From: an uncultured Chlamydiae bacterium
GTDB taxonomy: Bacteria > Chlamydiota > Chlamydiia > Chlamydiales > SM23-39
Direction of reading: 5' to 3'
Length of the DNA stretch: 46,171 bases
NCBI GenBank assembly: GCA_937899275.1
Contig: CALBPE010000095.1
Coordinates: 1-46,171, forward strand
Under the pieces are notes generated by a model. The model was given only the letters and a program-made list of their open reading frames with translations, did no database searches and was not told where the DNA came from. A program made the position numbers and the translations under genes. Below are positions 28,502 to 39,319 of the stretch, in pieces; position 1 is the first letter of the stretch; every line of letters starts with the position of its first letter.

Positions 28502-29059
28502 ATGAAAAGATTGTATTCTGTTTTCTTGTTATTTTTATGTACATCGCTAACAGGAGCAGTAAAAACGATGGATAAACCAATAGACAGACCCGTGGTTGTT
28601 TTAGAAACAAACCAAGGCACAATTGAAATCACTTTAATGAAAGATGTAGCTCCAAAAGCTTGTGAAAATTTCATTCAGCTGATTCAAAAAGAATATTATA
28701 AAGGCGTTACATTCCATAGAGTGATCAAAGACTTTATGATCCAAGGGGGAGATCCTACAGGTACCGGTAGAGGCGGTGAGTCCATTTGGGGTAAGCCGTT
28801 TTCCGATGAGTGCACAGCAGATGTCCTATTTGATGGACCTGGTCTACTGGCTATGGCTAATGCTGGTCCTAACACCAATGGAAGTCAGTTTTTTATTACA
28901 ACGGCAGAAACGCCTTGGTTAAATGGTAAACATACTATTTTCGGTAAGGTTACTTCAGGTATGGAAGTGGTTCGTTCTATTGAAAAAGTGCCTACTTCTG
29001 CGGTGTCAAACAAGCCTCTTCAAAAGCAAAGTATTGTCAAAGCCTATCTAAAAGATTAG
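28502..29059 (+). CDS. Cyclophilin-type peptidyl-prolyl isomerase with signal peptide
   Basis: FHRVIKDFMIQGGDP, MANAGPNTNGSQFFIT, HTIFG. Confidence 0.95.
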   Translation: MKRLYSVFLLFLCTSLTGAVKTMDKPIDRPVVVLETNQGTIEITLMKDVAPKACENFIQLIQKEYYKGVTFHRVIKDFMIQGGDPTGTGRGGESIWGKPFSDECTADVLFDGPGLLAMANAGPNTNGSQFFITTAETPWLNGKHTIFGKVTSGMEVVRSIEKVPTSAVSNKPLQKQSIVKAYLKD

Positions 29060-29712
29060 TTCCCAAATAAGGGGATTTTCCCATTGATAGGAAGCACACG
29101 ATCTAAGATTTTTTCGATGGTTTTGATTCCAAAATCATCGAAAAGTTTTTTCAAAACAAGTCGAAAAATTGCCTTTTCCACCTCATGGATTGGAAATCCT
29201 GTTTCATTAGAAATATTGTAGAGAGTAATTTCATCGATGATCGGATATGTTTTTACCTTTCCAGAAGATGCAACAGTTACTTGCAAATTTTTTAGCGATA
29301 ACTGCTTTATGAGGTAAGCTGCGCCATTTTTGCTTTGACTCTCTTTTTTTCCTAGTATTTTGCTCCAATTGCTCGAACCATCTTTGTAGAGCGTAATGTG
29401 GATATATACATCTTTTGCCTGAATAGCGTCGATTACAATAGGTCTTTTGAACAGCTGTTTCCAGTTAGCGTATACGCTCAGAGTTTTCGTGAAAAATGCG
29501 GTTTTTTGAGGTTCTGCAATGGTGGATATAGACAAACGATTTACAGTAAATACATCTTCTTTATAGCCAATAGAATCTATCGATACAGGAGCGTTATGTA
29601 ATGATCTTGATAAGTAATGCGCTAAGATGTTTGCTTTGAAAACCCAGATCACACCAAAAAAAATGAGTAGGGCGGAAACTGTTGAAGCGATGATAGTAAA
29701 GATTTGCCGCAT
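29056..29712 (-). CDS. Membrane-anchored AsmA-like hypothetical protein
   Basis: N-terminal TM anchor, beta-rich body, DGSSNW motif; ATG 29712. Confidence 0.6.
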   Translation of the reverse strand: MRQIFTIIASTVSALLIFFGVIWVFKANILAHYLSRSLHNAPVSIDSIGYKEDVFTVNRLSISTIAEPQKTAFFTKTLSVYANWKQLFKRPIVIDAIQAKDVYIHITLYKDGSSNWSKILGKKESQSKNGAAYLIKQLSLKNLQVTVASSGKVKTYPIIDEITLYNISNETGFPIHEVEKAIFRLVLKKLFDDFGIKTIEKILDRVLPINGKIPLFGN

Positions 29713-29758
29713 AATTTTGTTATATCGGCAAAACACCTTTTGCAAAAGGGTTTTTTAT

Positions 29759-29792
29759 AAAAAAAAGGCGCTTTTATCGAAAAGCGCCTTTT
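29759..29792 (-). terminator. Rho-independent terminator of groESL
   Basis: 13-bp perfect IR AAAAGGCGCTTTT-ATCG-AAAAGCGCCTTTT with U-tract on the minus strand, ~10 nt after the groEL stop. Confidence 0.88.
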
Positions 29793-29801
29793 GTGGAAGG
29801 A

Positions 29802-31442
<1,641 letters not shown>

Positions 31443-31462
31443 TTACGTTTCTCCTCTATAAA

Positions 31463-31786
31463 TTATTCCACAATCGCTACGATTTCATTTGCGTCTACTA
31501 CAACGTATTCTTGCTCGCCGTCTTCTTCATTTAAGGTCACGTCTTGGCCAGAATACTTCGCGATCAAAAAGCGATCTCCTTCTTTAACAGGAATAGCTAC
31601 TTCTTTTCCATCTACAATTTTAGGTTGCCCTACTCGAATCACTTCTAGGGTTTCTTGTTTTTTCTTAGCAGAGTCTGGAAGGATGATTCCTCCTTTTAGC
31701 GTCTCTTCTGGTTCTAGCCTTTTGGCTAAAACGCGAAAACCTACAGGTTTCAAAGAAACCTTGTTCTGTTCAGCTTGCTTCGTCAT
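31463..31786 (-). CDS. groES: Co-chaperonin GroES
   Basis: LKPVG.RV, KGGIILPDSAK; GGAGG SD before ATG 31786. Confidence 0.95.
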   Translation of the reverse strand: MTKQAEQNKVSLKPVGFRVLAKRLEPEETLKGGIILPDSAKKKQETLEVIRVGQPKIVDGKEVAIPVKEGDRFLIAKYSGQDVTLNEEDGEQEYVVVDANEIVAIVE

Positions 31787-31834
31787 ATATTGACCTCCGT
31801 TGAGAAATCTGGTTATTTCATTTTGATACTCATC

Positions 31835-31898
31835 AGAATAGCGAAAAAAAGTCTTTTTCTGCAATAGAAATTTAGCAGTTGATCTAAAAGTCTGCTAA
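31835..31898 (-). promoter_or_regulatory. CIRCE (HrcA operator) upstream of the groESL promoter
   Basis: Minus strand TTAGCAGAC-N9-AACTGCTAA (31898-31872), then TTGCAG-18 nt-TATTCT. Confidence 0.8.
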
Positions 31899-31990
31899 AG
31901 AATGGTGCCATCAAGAAAAACACTTGCAATCTAAACAGGGAACCACACAAAATGCAAAGGGTTTAAGTTGATGATAGTAAGGAGTATGCC

Positions 31991-33808
31991 ATGGCCTTAG
32001 AAAGGCAAGAAGTAGCCAAAGAACACGTGTGGAATGTTGAGTCTATGTATCCTACATTCGCAGATTGGCAAGTAGAATTTTTAGAAGCGAAACAAAAAAA
32101 GAAATGGCCTAAAGAAAGCGATGCATCTGTCGTAACTTCTCCTCAATCTTTAAAGTTATTTTTAGACAATTTATTCCGCCTCGAAAGGAGCTTAGATAAG
32201 CTTTATACGTACGCACATCTTCGTTTTGATGAAGACTTAAGCCATGATGCCCACAAGAAAGCATTTCAAGAAATGCAAACTCTTTACATGGATTTTATAG
32301 AGGCGATTTCTTGGTTAAATCCAGCTCTTTTAGACCTTTCTGAAAAGGAGTTTTCTACGTTGGTTCAGTCGAAGGAGCTTTCTCGTTATACGATTTTTTT
32401 ACAAAAAATTTACCGTATGAAACCCCACACTCTTTCGGCGAAAGAAGAAAAATTACTAGCTCTTGCTGAAAAACCTTTATCTTCTTTGTCTATGTCGTAT
32501 AGAGCGATGAATAACGTGGATCTTGCTTTTGAAAATGCGGTAGATCAAAACGGAAAAAAGCTCCCTTTAAGCCAAGGGACATATATTGGGTATTTACGCT
32601 CTTCTGATCGCGTGCTTAGAGCGTCTGCTTATAAGCGGTTTTTGGGCGGGTATGCTAAATATGAAAACATATTATCCGAGCTTTTACATGGCCAGGTAGC
32701 GTCGGATGTATTTATGGCAAAGGCAAAAAATTATCCGAGTAGTCTAGATGCAGCCCTTTTTCCGAAAAATATTGACCCGTCGGTTTATAAGACATTAATT
32801 CATACGGTGAAGAAACATCTCAAAGGGATGCTTAAGTACATTTCCCTTAGAAAACGGGTTCTTGGACTGGACAATCTTTACACGTATGATTTATATGTTC
32901 CCCTTGTTCAATATCATGGATTTTCAATGGACTACCAGGCCTCTCGCGATGTCGTTGTCCGCTCTGTAGCTCCCTTGGGTTCACAATATCAAAATCGGCT
33001 CAGAAAAGGACTTTTTGATGAAAGATGGGTCGATGTAGAACAAACAAAAAACAAGGTGTCAGGCGCCTATTCTGGCGGCTGTTATGATAGCTACCCCTAT
33101 ATTTTACTCAATAACAGGCAAGACTTAGATTCAGTGTTTACCCTTGCTCATGAAGCAGGCCATAGCATGCATTCAGAAAAAAGCCGTCAAGCTCAGGACT
33201 ACCTGTATGCGCAATACCCCATCTTTCTTGCAGAAGTTGCCTCTACTTTCAATGAGCAGCTTCTTCTTCGATCTTTGCTAGATCAAGCAAAAACATTGGA
33301 AGAAAAAGCGTATTTAATCGGTTATGCAATTGATGCAATTCGGGGTACATTATTTAGACAAACGCTTTTTGCCGATTTTGAACTGACCATGCATGAATAT
33401 GTGGAAAACGGTAGGCCTCTCACACCACAAACTCTTCGACAAGAATACCGTAAACTCAATGCAGAATATTATGGACCTGATTTAACTCTCGATCCCTACA
33501 TTGAGGTGGAGTATCTTAGGGTGCCGCATTTTTTCAGGAGTTTTTACGTGTATCAATATGCTACAGGTATTAGCGCAGCTTTATCATTATTTAACGGCGT
33601 TATGGAAAATCCAGAAGAAAAAAGGCAGCCGTATTTAGATTTTTTATCAGCGGGATCTTCCGCTTTCCCTCTGGATTTATTGGAAAAAGCGGGGGTGGAT
33701 ATGACGACAAAAGATCCGATTGTATCTGCTTTGCGCTACTTTGATGCGTTGGTAGAAGAGTTGGAAGCTTTATTGGAAAAAATGGGAGCGCTGCCTGTTT
33801 CTTCTTAA
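31991..33808 (+). CDS. pepF: Oligoendopeptidase F (M3B)
   Basis: HEAGHSMH, AEVAS, PHF..SFYVYQYATG. Confidence 0.96.
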   Translation: MALERQEVAKEHVWNVESMYPTFADWQVEFLEAKQKKKWPKESDASVVTSPQSLKLFLDNLFRLERSLDKLYTYAHLRFDEDLSHDAHKKAFQEMQTLYMDFIEAISWLNPALLDLSEKEFSTLVQSKELSRYTIFLQKIYRMKPHTLSAKEEKLLALAEKPLSSLSMSYRAMNNVDLAFENAVDQNGKKLPLSQGTYIGYLRSSDRVLRASAYKRFLGGYAKYENILSELLHGQVASDVFMAKAKNYPSSLDAALFPKNIDPSVYKTLIHTVKKHLKGMLKYISLRKRVLGLDNLYTYDLYVPLVQYHGFSMDYQASRDVVVRSVAPLGSQYQNRLRKGLFDERWVDVEQTKNKVSGAYSGGCYDSYPYILLNNRQDLDSVFTLAHEAGHSMHSEKSRQAQDYLYAQYPIFLAEVASTFNEQLLLRSLLDQAKTLEEKAYLIGYAIDAIRGTLFRQTLFADFELTMHEYVENGRPLTPQTLRQEYRKLNAEYYGPDLTLDPYIEVEYLRVPHFFRSFYVYQYATGISAALSLFNGVMENPEEKRQPYLDFLSAGSSAFPLDLLEKAGVDMTTKDPIVSALRYFDALVEELEALLEKMGALPVSS

Positions 33809-33910
33809 TCAATATAGGTCTTAATTGATTTTTGATCCTGTCTACTTAAAAAGGATTGCTTAAAAAGCTTTATTTCATTATTAGTAAAGTTAAATATTTA
33901 CGAATAATCA

Positions 33911-34216
33911 ATGAGAAAAAATCGAACTGGAGCTACTTTTCCCTATAAATTTCAGGCATCTTTTGTTGTGAAAAATGGTAAGGGGTTACATACAAGGCCT
34001 TCCACGGAGCTTGTAAAATGCGCTGCGAATTTTCGTTCAGAGATTTATTTGCATTACAAAGATCTTTCCGTTAATGCCAAGTCACTTTTAGGCATCTTGA
34101 TGTTAGCTGCTCATAAAGGGGCAAAAATTCGAGTGGAGGCGTATGGTGAAGACGCTGAAGAAGCAGTAGCTGCGCTACTGCGTCTAGCTCATGAACAATT
34201 CAAAGTTAAATATTAG
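33911..34216 (+). CDS. ptsH: HPr family phosphocarrier protein
   Basis: GLHTRP (His15 site), NAKSLLG (Ser46 site). Confidence 0.93.
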   Translation: MRKNRTGATFPYKFQASFVVKNGKGLHTRPSTELVKCAANFRSEIYLHYKDLSVNAKSLLGILMLAAHKGAKIRVEAYGEDAEEAVAALLRLAHEQFKVKY

Positions 34217-34220
34217 CCGC

Positions 34221-34895
34221 TTATAGCTTTTCAATAGAGCCGTCTTTATAGCCAATAAAAGCGGCGTCAGCTGCTCTAGAAAAATACCCTGTATCGATCA
34301 CGCCGGGAAGAGAAATCAAGTTGGTGTGTACCTGGTCGATGTCCTTGCCTTTGATTTCTACATCTAAGATCCACCCTCCATTATCTGTTGTATAAAAAGA
34401 GCCATCAGTATTGGTGCGCATTTCTCCTCGATAACCCATAGAAGTAAGAGCTTGTATCGCGGTGTTGTATCCAAAACAGATGATTTCTACTGGAAGCATT
34501 CGGCTGTCTCCGAGCTGCTGGACACGCTTACTTTCATCAGCAATAACCACAAATACATCGGAAAAATGTGCGACAATTTTCTCCCTTGTATGCGCGCCTC
34601 CTCCTCCTTTAATCAGCCGTTTTTGCGGGTCGATTTCATCGGTTCCATCAATAGTTAGATCGATCCTTTTCACATCGGTGATTTCTAGCATAGGTATGCC
34701 TAAGCTTTTTGCAAGGTCAAAAGAGCGTTTTGAAGAGGAAACGGCTTGTATGGAAAGGCCATGCTGGCATGCTTCGCTCAGCGCTTTAATAAAATAAGTG
34801 GCAGTAGAGCCTGTGCCTAGACCTACAATCATGCCATCTTTAACTAAAGACGCTCCTTTACGGCCTACTTCTTGTTTGATTTCATCGGTGTTCAT
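34221..34895 (-). CDS. rpiA: Ribose-5-phosphate isomerase A
   Basis: GLGTGST, DGTDE, KGGGG..TREK; start ATG 34895. Confidence 0.95.
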   Translation of the reverse strand: MNTDEIKQEVGRKGASLVKDGMIVGLGTGSTATYFIKALSEACQHGLSIQAVSSSKRSFDLAKSLGIPMLEITDVKRIDLTIDGTDEIDPQKRLIKGGGGAHTREKIVAHFSDVFVVIADESKRVQQLGDSRMLPVEIICFGYNTAIQALTSMGYRGEMRTNTDGSFYTTDNGGWILDVEIKGKDIDQVHTNLISLPGVIDTGYFSRAADAAFIGYKDGSIEKL

Positions 34896-35017
34896 ATAGA
34901 CGCAGTATGAAAGGAAAAAAGAAAAACCGCAAGTTTGTTTTGTCATATAAAAATTTGAATTGTAAGATGTTTTTAAGGATACATTCGTCTGAAAAAAATC
35001 AAGGAGCATAGCGCCAT

Positions 35018-35293
35018 ATGGATCATAAATTGTATGCTGAAGAAAGTGAAAAAACGAAAAAAGCAAGACAAAAAATCAAAGAACAAATGCGCTCTGTAGA
35101 CGAAGCATTTACCGACGGCGCCTTACAAAAAAAATTAGCGGAAATCAAAATATGGATTGCAAGGCATGCTAAAAATCGCGTTGTAATCAAAAATAAAGTC
35201 TCTTTATTCGACCAAAACCAAAATACCGCAAAAATATCCCAAGCTATTGCCTCTATTATGAGAAAAGTACAGAAAGATGCATTTATCCCTTAA
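35018..35293 (+). CDS. Hypothetical basic helical protein, 91 aa
   Basis: AAGGAG SD upstream; fills the rpiA-tyrS gap. Confidence 0.6.
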   Translation: MDHKLYAEESEKTKKARQKIKEQMRSVDEAFTDGALQKKLAEIKIWIARHAKNRVVIKNKVSLFDQNQNTAKISQAIASIMRKVQKDAFIP

Positions 35294-35365
35294 CTTGCAT
35301 TAATTTGATGAACGTATTGCCATCTGCCCCTTGCTGTAAAGCGCTTTTTAGTCTATCTTTGTATC

Positions 35366-36640
35366 ATGGTTTTAGAAGAATTACAAAAAAAAGGCTCTAT
35401 TGAACAAGTAAGCGATCCTAATTTAGGAAAGCTTTTGTCCAAAAAAACTGCTCCTCTATCGTTTTATGTCGGTTTTGACCCTACGGCTAGCAGCCTGCAT
35501 TTAGGCAATCTTGTAAGTATTGTTCTAGCAAAGGCGCTACAAAAAGCAGGACATAAACCGCATATTCTTATAGGTGGAGCTACAGCTCGAGTAGGAGATC
35601 CATCGGGTAAACTGGTGGAAAGAGAAAAAATACAAGAAGAAATTGTAGAGAAAAATACAGCGGATATTTGCACTTTTTTGACATCGATTTTTCCGCAAAC
35701 TACAGATGAAAATTCTGCTGTAATTTTGAATAATTACGATTGGCTCTCTGGTATGACTGTCATTGAATTTCTTCGAGACACGGGTCGTTATTTCCGATTG
35801 GGAAAGATGCTTTCAAGAGAAAGTGTTAAGCGCCGAGTCCAGTCAGAAGAGGGGATGAGTTTTTGTGAGTTCACTTACCCTGTATTGCAAGGCTTTGATT
35901 TTTTCCACTTATTTTTGCAATATGGAGTCACTCTGCAGATTGGAGGATCAGATCAGTGGGGAAACATGGTTTCTGGTATTGAATTGATTCGGAGAAAAAC
36001 CGGTAAAGAAGCCTACGCTATGACTTCACCATTACTTACAAAAAGTAATGGAGAAAAATTAGGTAAAACGGTCAGCGGCGCTTTATGGTTATCCGAAGAG
36101 CGCACGTCTCCTTACGCGTTTTATCAATACTTAGTCAATGTAGCAGATGCAGATGTCATTACCTTATTAAAGCGGCTTACCCTTTTGCCATCTGAAGAAA
36201 TCGATGCTTTAGAAAAATCGATGCAAAGCTCTTCTTACCAGCCTAACACAGCGCAGAATATTTTAGCGCAAGAAGTGACCTTATTTGTTCATGGAGAAAA
36301 AGGGCTCAAAAAAGCAGAAGAGGTAACGCATGCTGCAAAACCGGGCGCAAAAGCTACTCTCAATAAAGAAACTTTAGAAGCGATTGCCAAAGATCTGCCT
36401 TCTGTCGAACTTTCTTCGGTTGTATCGGAAAAATTTTCTGATATTGCAGTCCAATCAGGCTTAGTTGCCAGTAAATCTGCTGCTGTACGCTTAGTAAAAA
36501 ACGGAGGCGCGTATTTAAATAATGAGCGCGTTCAAGACCCTTTTTATGTGCTCGAGGCAAAGGATGTGATCTCAGGTACTTTTGTTCTTTTATCTTCAGG
36601 TAAGAAAAATCGCCTTTTAATCCGCTTGAAATCATCTTAG
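35366..36640 (+). CDS. tyrS: Tyrosine--tRNA ligase
   Basis: GFDPT..SLHLGN, QIGGSDQWGN, KLGKT, C-terminal S4-like domain. Confidence 0.97.
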   Translation: MVLEELQKKGSIEQVSDPNLGKLLSKKTAPLSFYVGFDPTASSLHLGNLVSIVLAKALQKAGHKPHILIGGATARVGDPSGKLVEREKIQEEIVEKNTADICTFLTSIFPQTTDENSAVILNNYDWLSGMTVIEFLRDTGRYFRLGKMLSRESVKRRVQSEEGMSFCEFTYPVLQGFDFFHLFLQYGVTLQIGGSDQWGNMVSGIELIRRKTGKEAYAMTSPLLTKSNGEKLGKTVSGALWLSEERTSPYAFYQYLVNVADADVITLLKRLTLLPSEEIDALEKSMQSSSYQPNTAQNILAQEVTLFVHGEKGLKKAEEVTHAAKPGAKATLNKETLEAIAKDLPSVELSSVVSEKFSDIAVQSGLVASKSAAVRLVKNGGAYLNNERVQDPFYVLEAKDVISGTFVLLSSGKKNRLLIRLKSS

Positions 36641-36748
36641 TTTATTTGTCTTTTGCGGAAAGTATGGACTTTCTTGAAAAACCACTTGTCCGAAATTCCA
36701 CAAGATAAGAGAATTACGATATAGACATTTAGAAATAAGGAGTCTGCG

Positions 36749-37054
36749 ATGTCGACGGTCACAAAAAAAAAGCTGATTCACAAAATTTCCCAGTCAAGAG
36801 GGCTGCACCCTAATGATGTAAGGGGAGTGATCCAAGCGTTTTTAGATGAAATGACCGATTCTCTAGCAGAAGGTGATCGACTAGAATTCCGAGATTTTGG
36901 AGTGTTTGAAGTAGTGGAAAGAAAGCAGAAAATTGGCCGCAATCCAAAAAATGCTTCGGTTCCTATCGTTATCCCAGCTCGAAAAGCCGTCAAATTTACT
37001 CCGGGCAAGAAAATGCGTCAGCTGATCGATGGATCAGAAACGCCTTCTTTATAG
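36749..37054 (+). CDS. HU/IHF family DNA-binding protein
   Basis: LEFRDFGVF...GRNPK...VKFTPGK. Confidence 0.95.
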   Translation: MSTVTKKKLIHKISQSRGLHPNDVRGVIQAFLDEMTDSLAEGDRLEFRDFGVFEVVERKQKIGRNPKNASVPIVIPARKAVKFTPGKKMRQLIDGSETPSL

Positions 37055-37103
37055 CATCTTTTAAAATTTTAATTTAGCTATTTTCGAAATATTTGTTTTT
37101 CAT

Positions 37104-37128
37104 CGCAGATTCGAACTGCGCTTTTTTT
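37104..37128 (+). terminator. Possible weak intrinsic terminator after HU/IHF
   Basis: CGCAG-ATTCGAA-CTGCG followed by T7. Confidence 0.45.
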
Positions 37129-37261
37129 GACAAAACTATTTTCTATTTTATTTCTTTTTCTCCTTGTAAATTTCTATTTTTCAAAAAATCCAGTACTAGT
37201 ACTGCCACTCAGAGATTGAAAAATAACGGTATTTTTTGGATAATTGAAAGGATAATGTGAG

Positions 37262-38296
37262 GTGAAACTAGTGAAGTTTTCTAAAATTTTCTTCATAGGA
37301 ACGTGTGCTCTTTTCTTATTCATTCTGATTTTAGCGGTATTTAAGCCCCAAGATAAGAAGAGAGACGCTGCAGATATTATGGTGCAAGAAATTCCCATTG
37401 TAGGAGAAGAGTCTACCTTGCAGAAGGTTTCTAAGAAAACTACCCCCAAAGTCATCGAGCCAAAAGCTGAACGTAAAGCCTCTATTCTACCATCTGAAAA
37501 ATTATCAAATACGCCGCTTCCAGATGCGAACCTTATTCATAAACTATTTGTCACCGATGCCTCTAAACTACCGATTGTCAAAACCATTACCTACACAAGC
37601 CGCGTGCCTTGGTTAGAAGATCGGTGCGCTTGGCTTGCAGATTACGCAGCCCACCACCACACCTCCCGCCATTTTATTGCAAGAAGCCTAAATGGCAATC
37701 CCGATTATTTTACTCAAAAAGTCTCCCATGGAGATGAATTCAATGTATTTCGTGAAGATAAAGAAATTGAATTTCATATAGTTGTGGATCTTTCCCGCTG
37801 CAAGATGTGGTTTTATTATTACGATGTAGAAGAGGGAAAAAGACTGCTTTTAAAGACCTATTCCGTTGGTTTGGGAAGGAAGAATTTAGAGAGAAGATCT
37901 GGGCTTCTTACCCCTCTTGGCTGTTACAGGCTGGGAGAAAATGTGGCTATTTATAAACCTGGGATGATGGGCTACTTCCAAGAGCAAAAAGTGGAGATGA
38001 TCCGCGTTTTTGGGACAAGATGGATCCCCTTTGCAGCAGCTGTAAGCCTAGATGCAGATAGCCCTAGAGGCTATGGTATTCATGGGACTCCTTGGAAAGT
38101 AGATGCAAAAGGTAATCTTGTTGAAGATACAAGCCATATTCATCAGTATAAAAGCGATGGATGCATTCGGATGAAAGCAGAAGATGTGGAAGAGCTTTTT
38201 GCTATTGTGATTACCAAGCCTACTTTTGTGCATACAGTGAAAGATTTTTATGATGCAAAGCTACCTGGCGTAGAAGAAAATAAGAAAATAGATTAG
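37262..38296 (+). CDS. L,D-transpeptidase (YkuD) family protein, membrane anchored
   Basis: TPLG, GIHGT...SDGCIRM catalytic motif; N-terminal TM. Confidence 0.85.
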   Translation: MKLVKFSKIFFIGTCALFLFILILAVFKPQDKKRDAADIMVQEIPIVGEESTLQKVSKKTTPKVIEPKAERKASILPSEKLSNTPLPDANLIHKLFVTDASKLPIVKTITYTSRVPWLEDRCAWLADYAAHHHTSRHFIARSLNGNPDYFTQKVSHGDEFNVFREDKEIEFHIVVDLSRCKMWFYYYDVEEGKRLLLKTYSVGLGRKNLERRSGLLTPLGCYRLGENVAIYKPGMMGYFQEQKVEMIRVFGTRWIPFAAAVSLDADSPRGYGIHGTPWKVDAKGNLVEDTSHIHQYKSDGCIRMKAEDVEELFAIVITKPTFVHTVKDFYDAKLPGVEENKKID

Positions 38297-38311
38297 GAAA
38301 AATACTTTTGT

Positions 38312-39319
38312 ATGACGCTTTTACCTCATGAAAAACAGATTTATGAATATGAAAATACCTTACAAAAGTTGCGCATGCAAAAAGAAGTATGGGCAGAAAA
38401 AGAAATCGCTTCCTTAGAAAAAAAGCTCCACACCTTAAAAAAGAAACTCTACGCCAACCTTTCTTCTTGGGATCGTATTCAAATTTGTCGCCATCCAAAA
38501 AGACCACACGCCTCTGATTATATCAAAGCTATGGTCAGTGAATTTGTAGAGATTCATGGTGATCGGCTCTACGCTGATGATCCTGCAATTGTGATGGGAA
38601 CAGGATATATTGAAGGAAAAAAATACCTCATCATCGGGCAAGAAAAAGGTAAAGATACCGATAGTCGGATCTACCGCAATTTTGGTATGCCTCATCCAGA
38701 GGGGTACCGCAAAGCGCTACGAGGTATGCAGCTAGCAGAAAAATTTAACATTCCTATTGTGTGTTTAATCGATACACCTGGAGCATACCCTGGGCTTGCA
38801 GCCGAGGAAAGGGGGCAAGGTTGGGCAATTGCCCATAATTTACTTTCCATGTCGGGCCTCAAGGTTCCCATAATTATTGTAGTGATTGGAGAGGGGTGTT
38901 CTGGCGGCGCTCTTGGTATCGGTGTAGGTGATACAATCGGGATGTTAGAGCATTCGTATTACTCGGTGATTTCTCCTGAAGGATGCGCCTCGATTTTATG
39001 GAAAGATGCAGGAAAATCTGCAGAAGCGGCAAAAACGCTGAAACTACATGCAGAAGATTTGCAAGAAATGCAAATCATTGACCAAATTATATCAGAGCCT
39101 TTAGGCGGCGCTCATCACGATAGGGAAAAAACGTATTACAATGTAAAGGCGTTTATCGTACAATCGAGAGAAACGCTTGAAGGGAAAAATCCTATTACCT
39201 TGGTAGAGGATCGGTACCGCAAATTCCGCAAAATGGGATCTTTTGACGAGCATTCTACTCAGCAGATAAATACAACGCACGCGGATGAAACTATTACTCA
39301 AAGTAGCAATTCGAAATAA
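38312..39319 (+). CDS. accA: Acetyl-CoA carboxylase carboxyltransferase alpha
   Basis: HGDR, NFGMP.PEGYRKA, DTPGAYPG, SVISPEGCA. Confidence 0.97.
   Translation: MTLLPHEKQIYEYENTLQKLRMQKEVWAEKEIASLEKKLHTLKKKLYANLSSWDRIQICRHPKRPHASDYIKAMVSEFVEIHGDRLYADDPAIVMGTGYIEGKKYLIIGQEKGKDTDSRIYRNFGMPHPEGYRKALRGMQLAEKFNIPIVCLIDTPGAYPGLAAEERGQGWAIAHNLLSMSGLKVPIIIVVIGEGCSGGALGIGVGDTIGMLEHSYYSVISPEGCASILWKDAGKSAEAAKTLKLHAEDLQEMQIIDQIISEPLGGAHHDREKTYYNVKAFIVQSRETLEGKNPITLVEDRYRKFRKMGSFDEHSTQQINTTHADETITQSSNSK

Noticed and set aside
31787..31864. N-terminal extension of GroES in the ORF track
   Set aside because: Covers the promoter; the GGAGG SD supports ATG 31786
34896..35066. N-terminal extension of RpiA in the ORF track
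   Set aside because: Homology starts at MNTDEIK (34895); the extension overlaps a better-supported plus-strand gene
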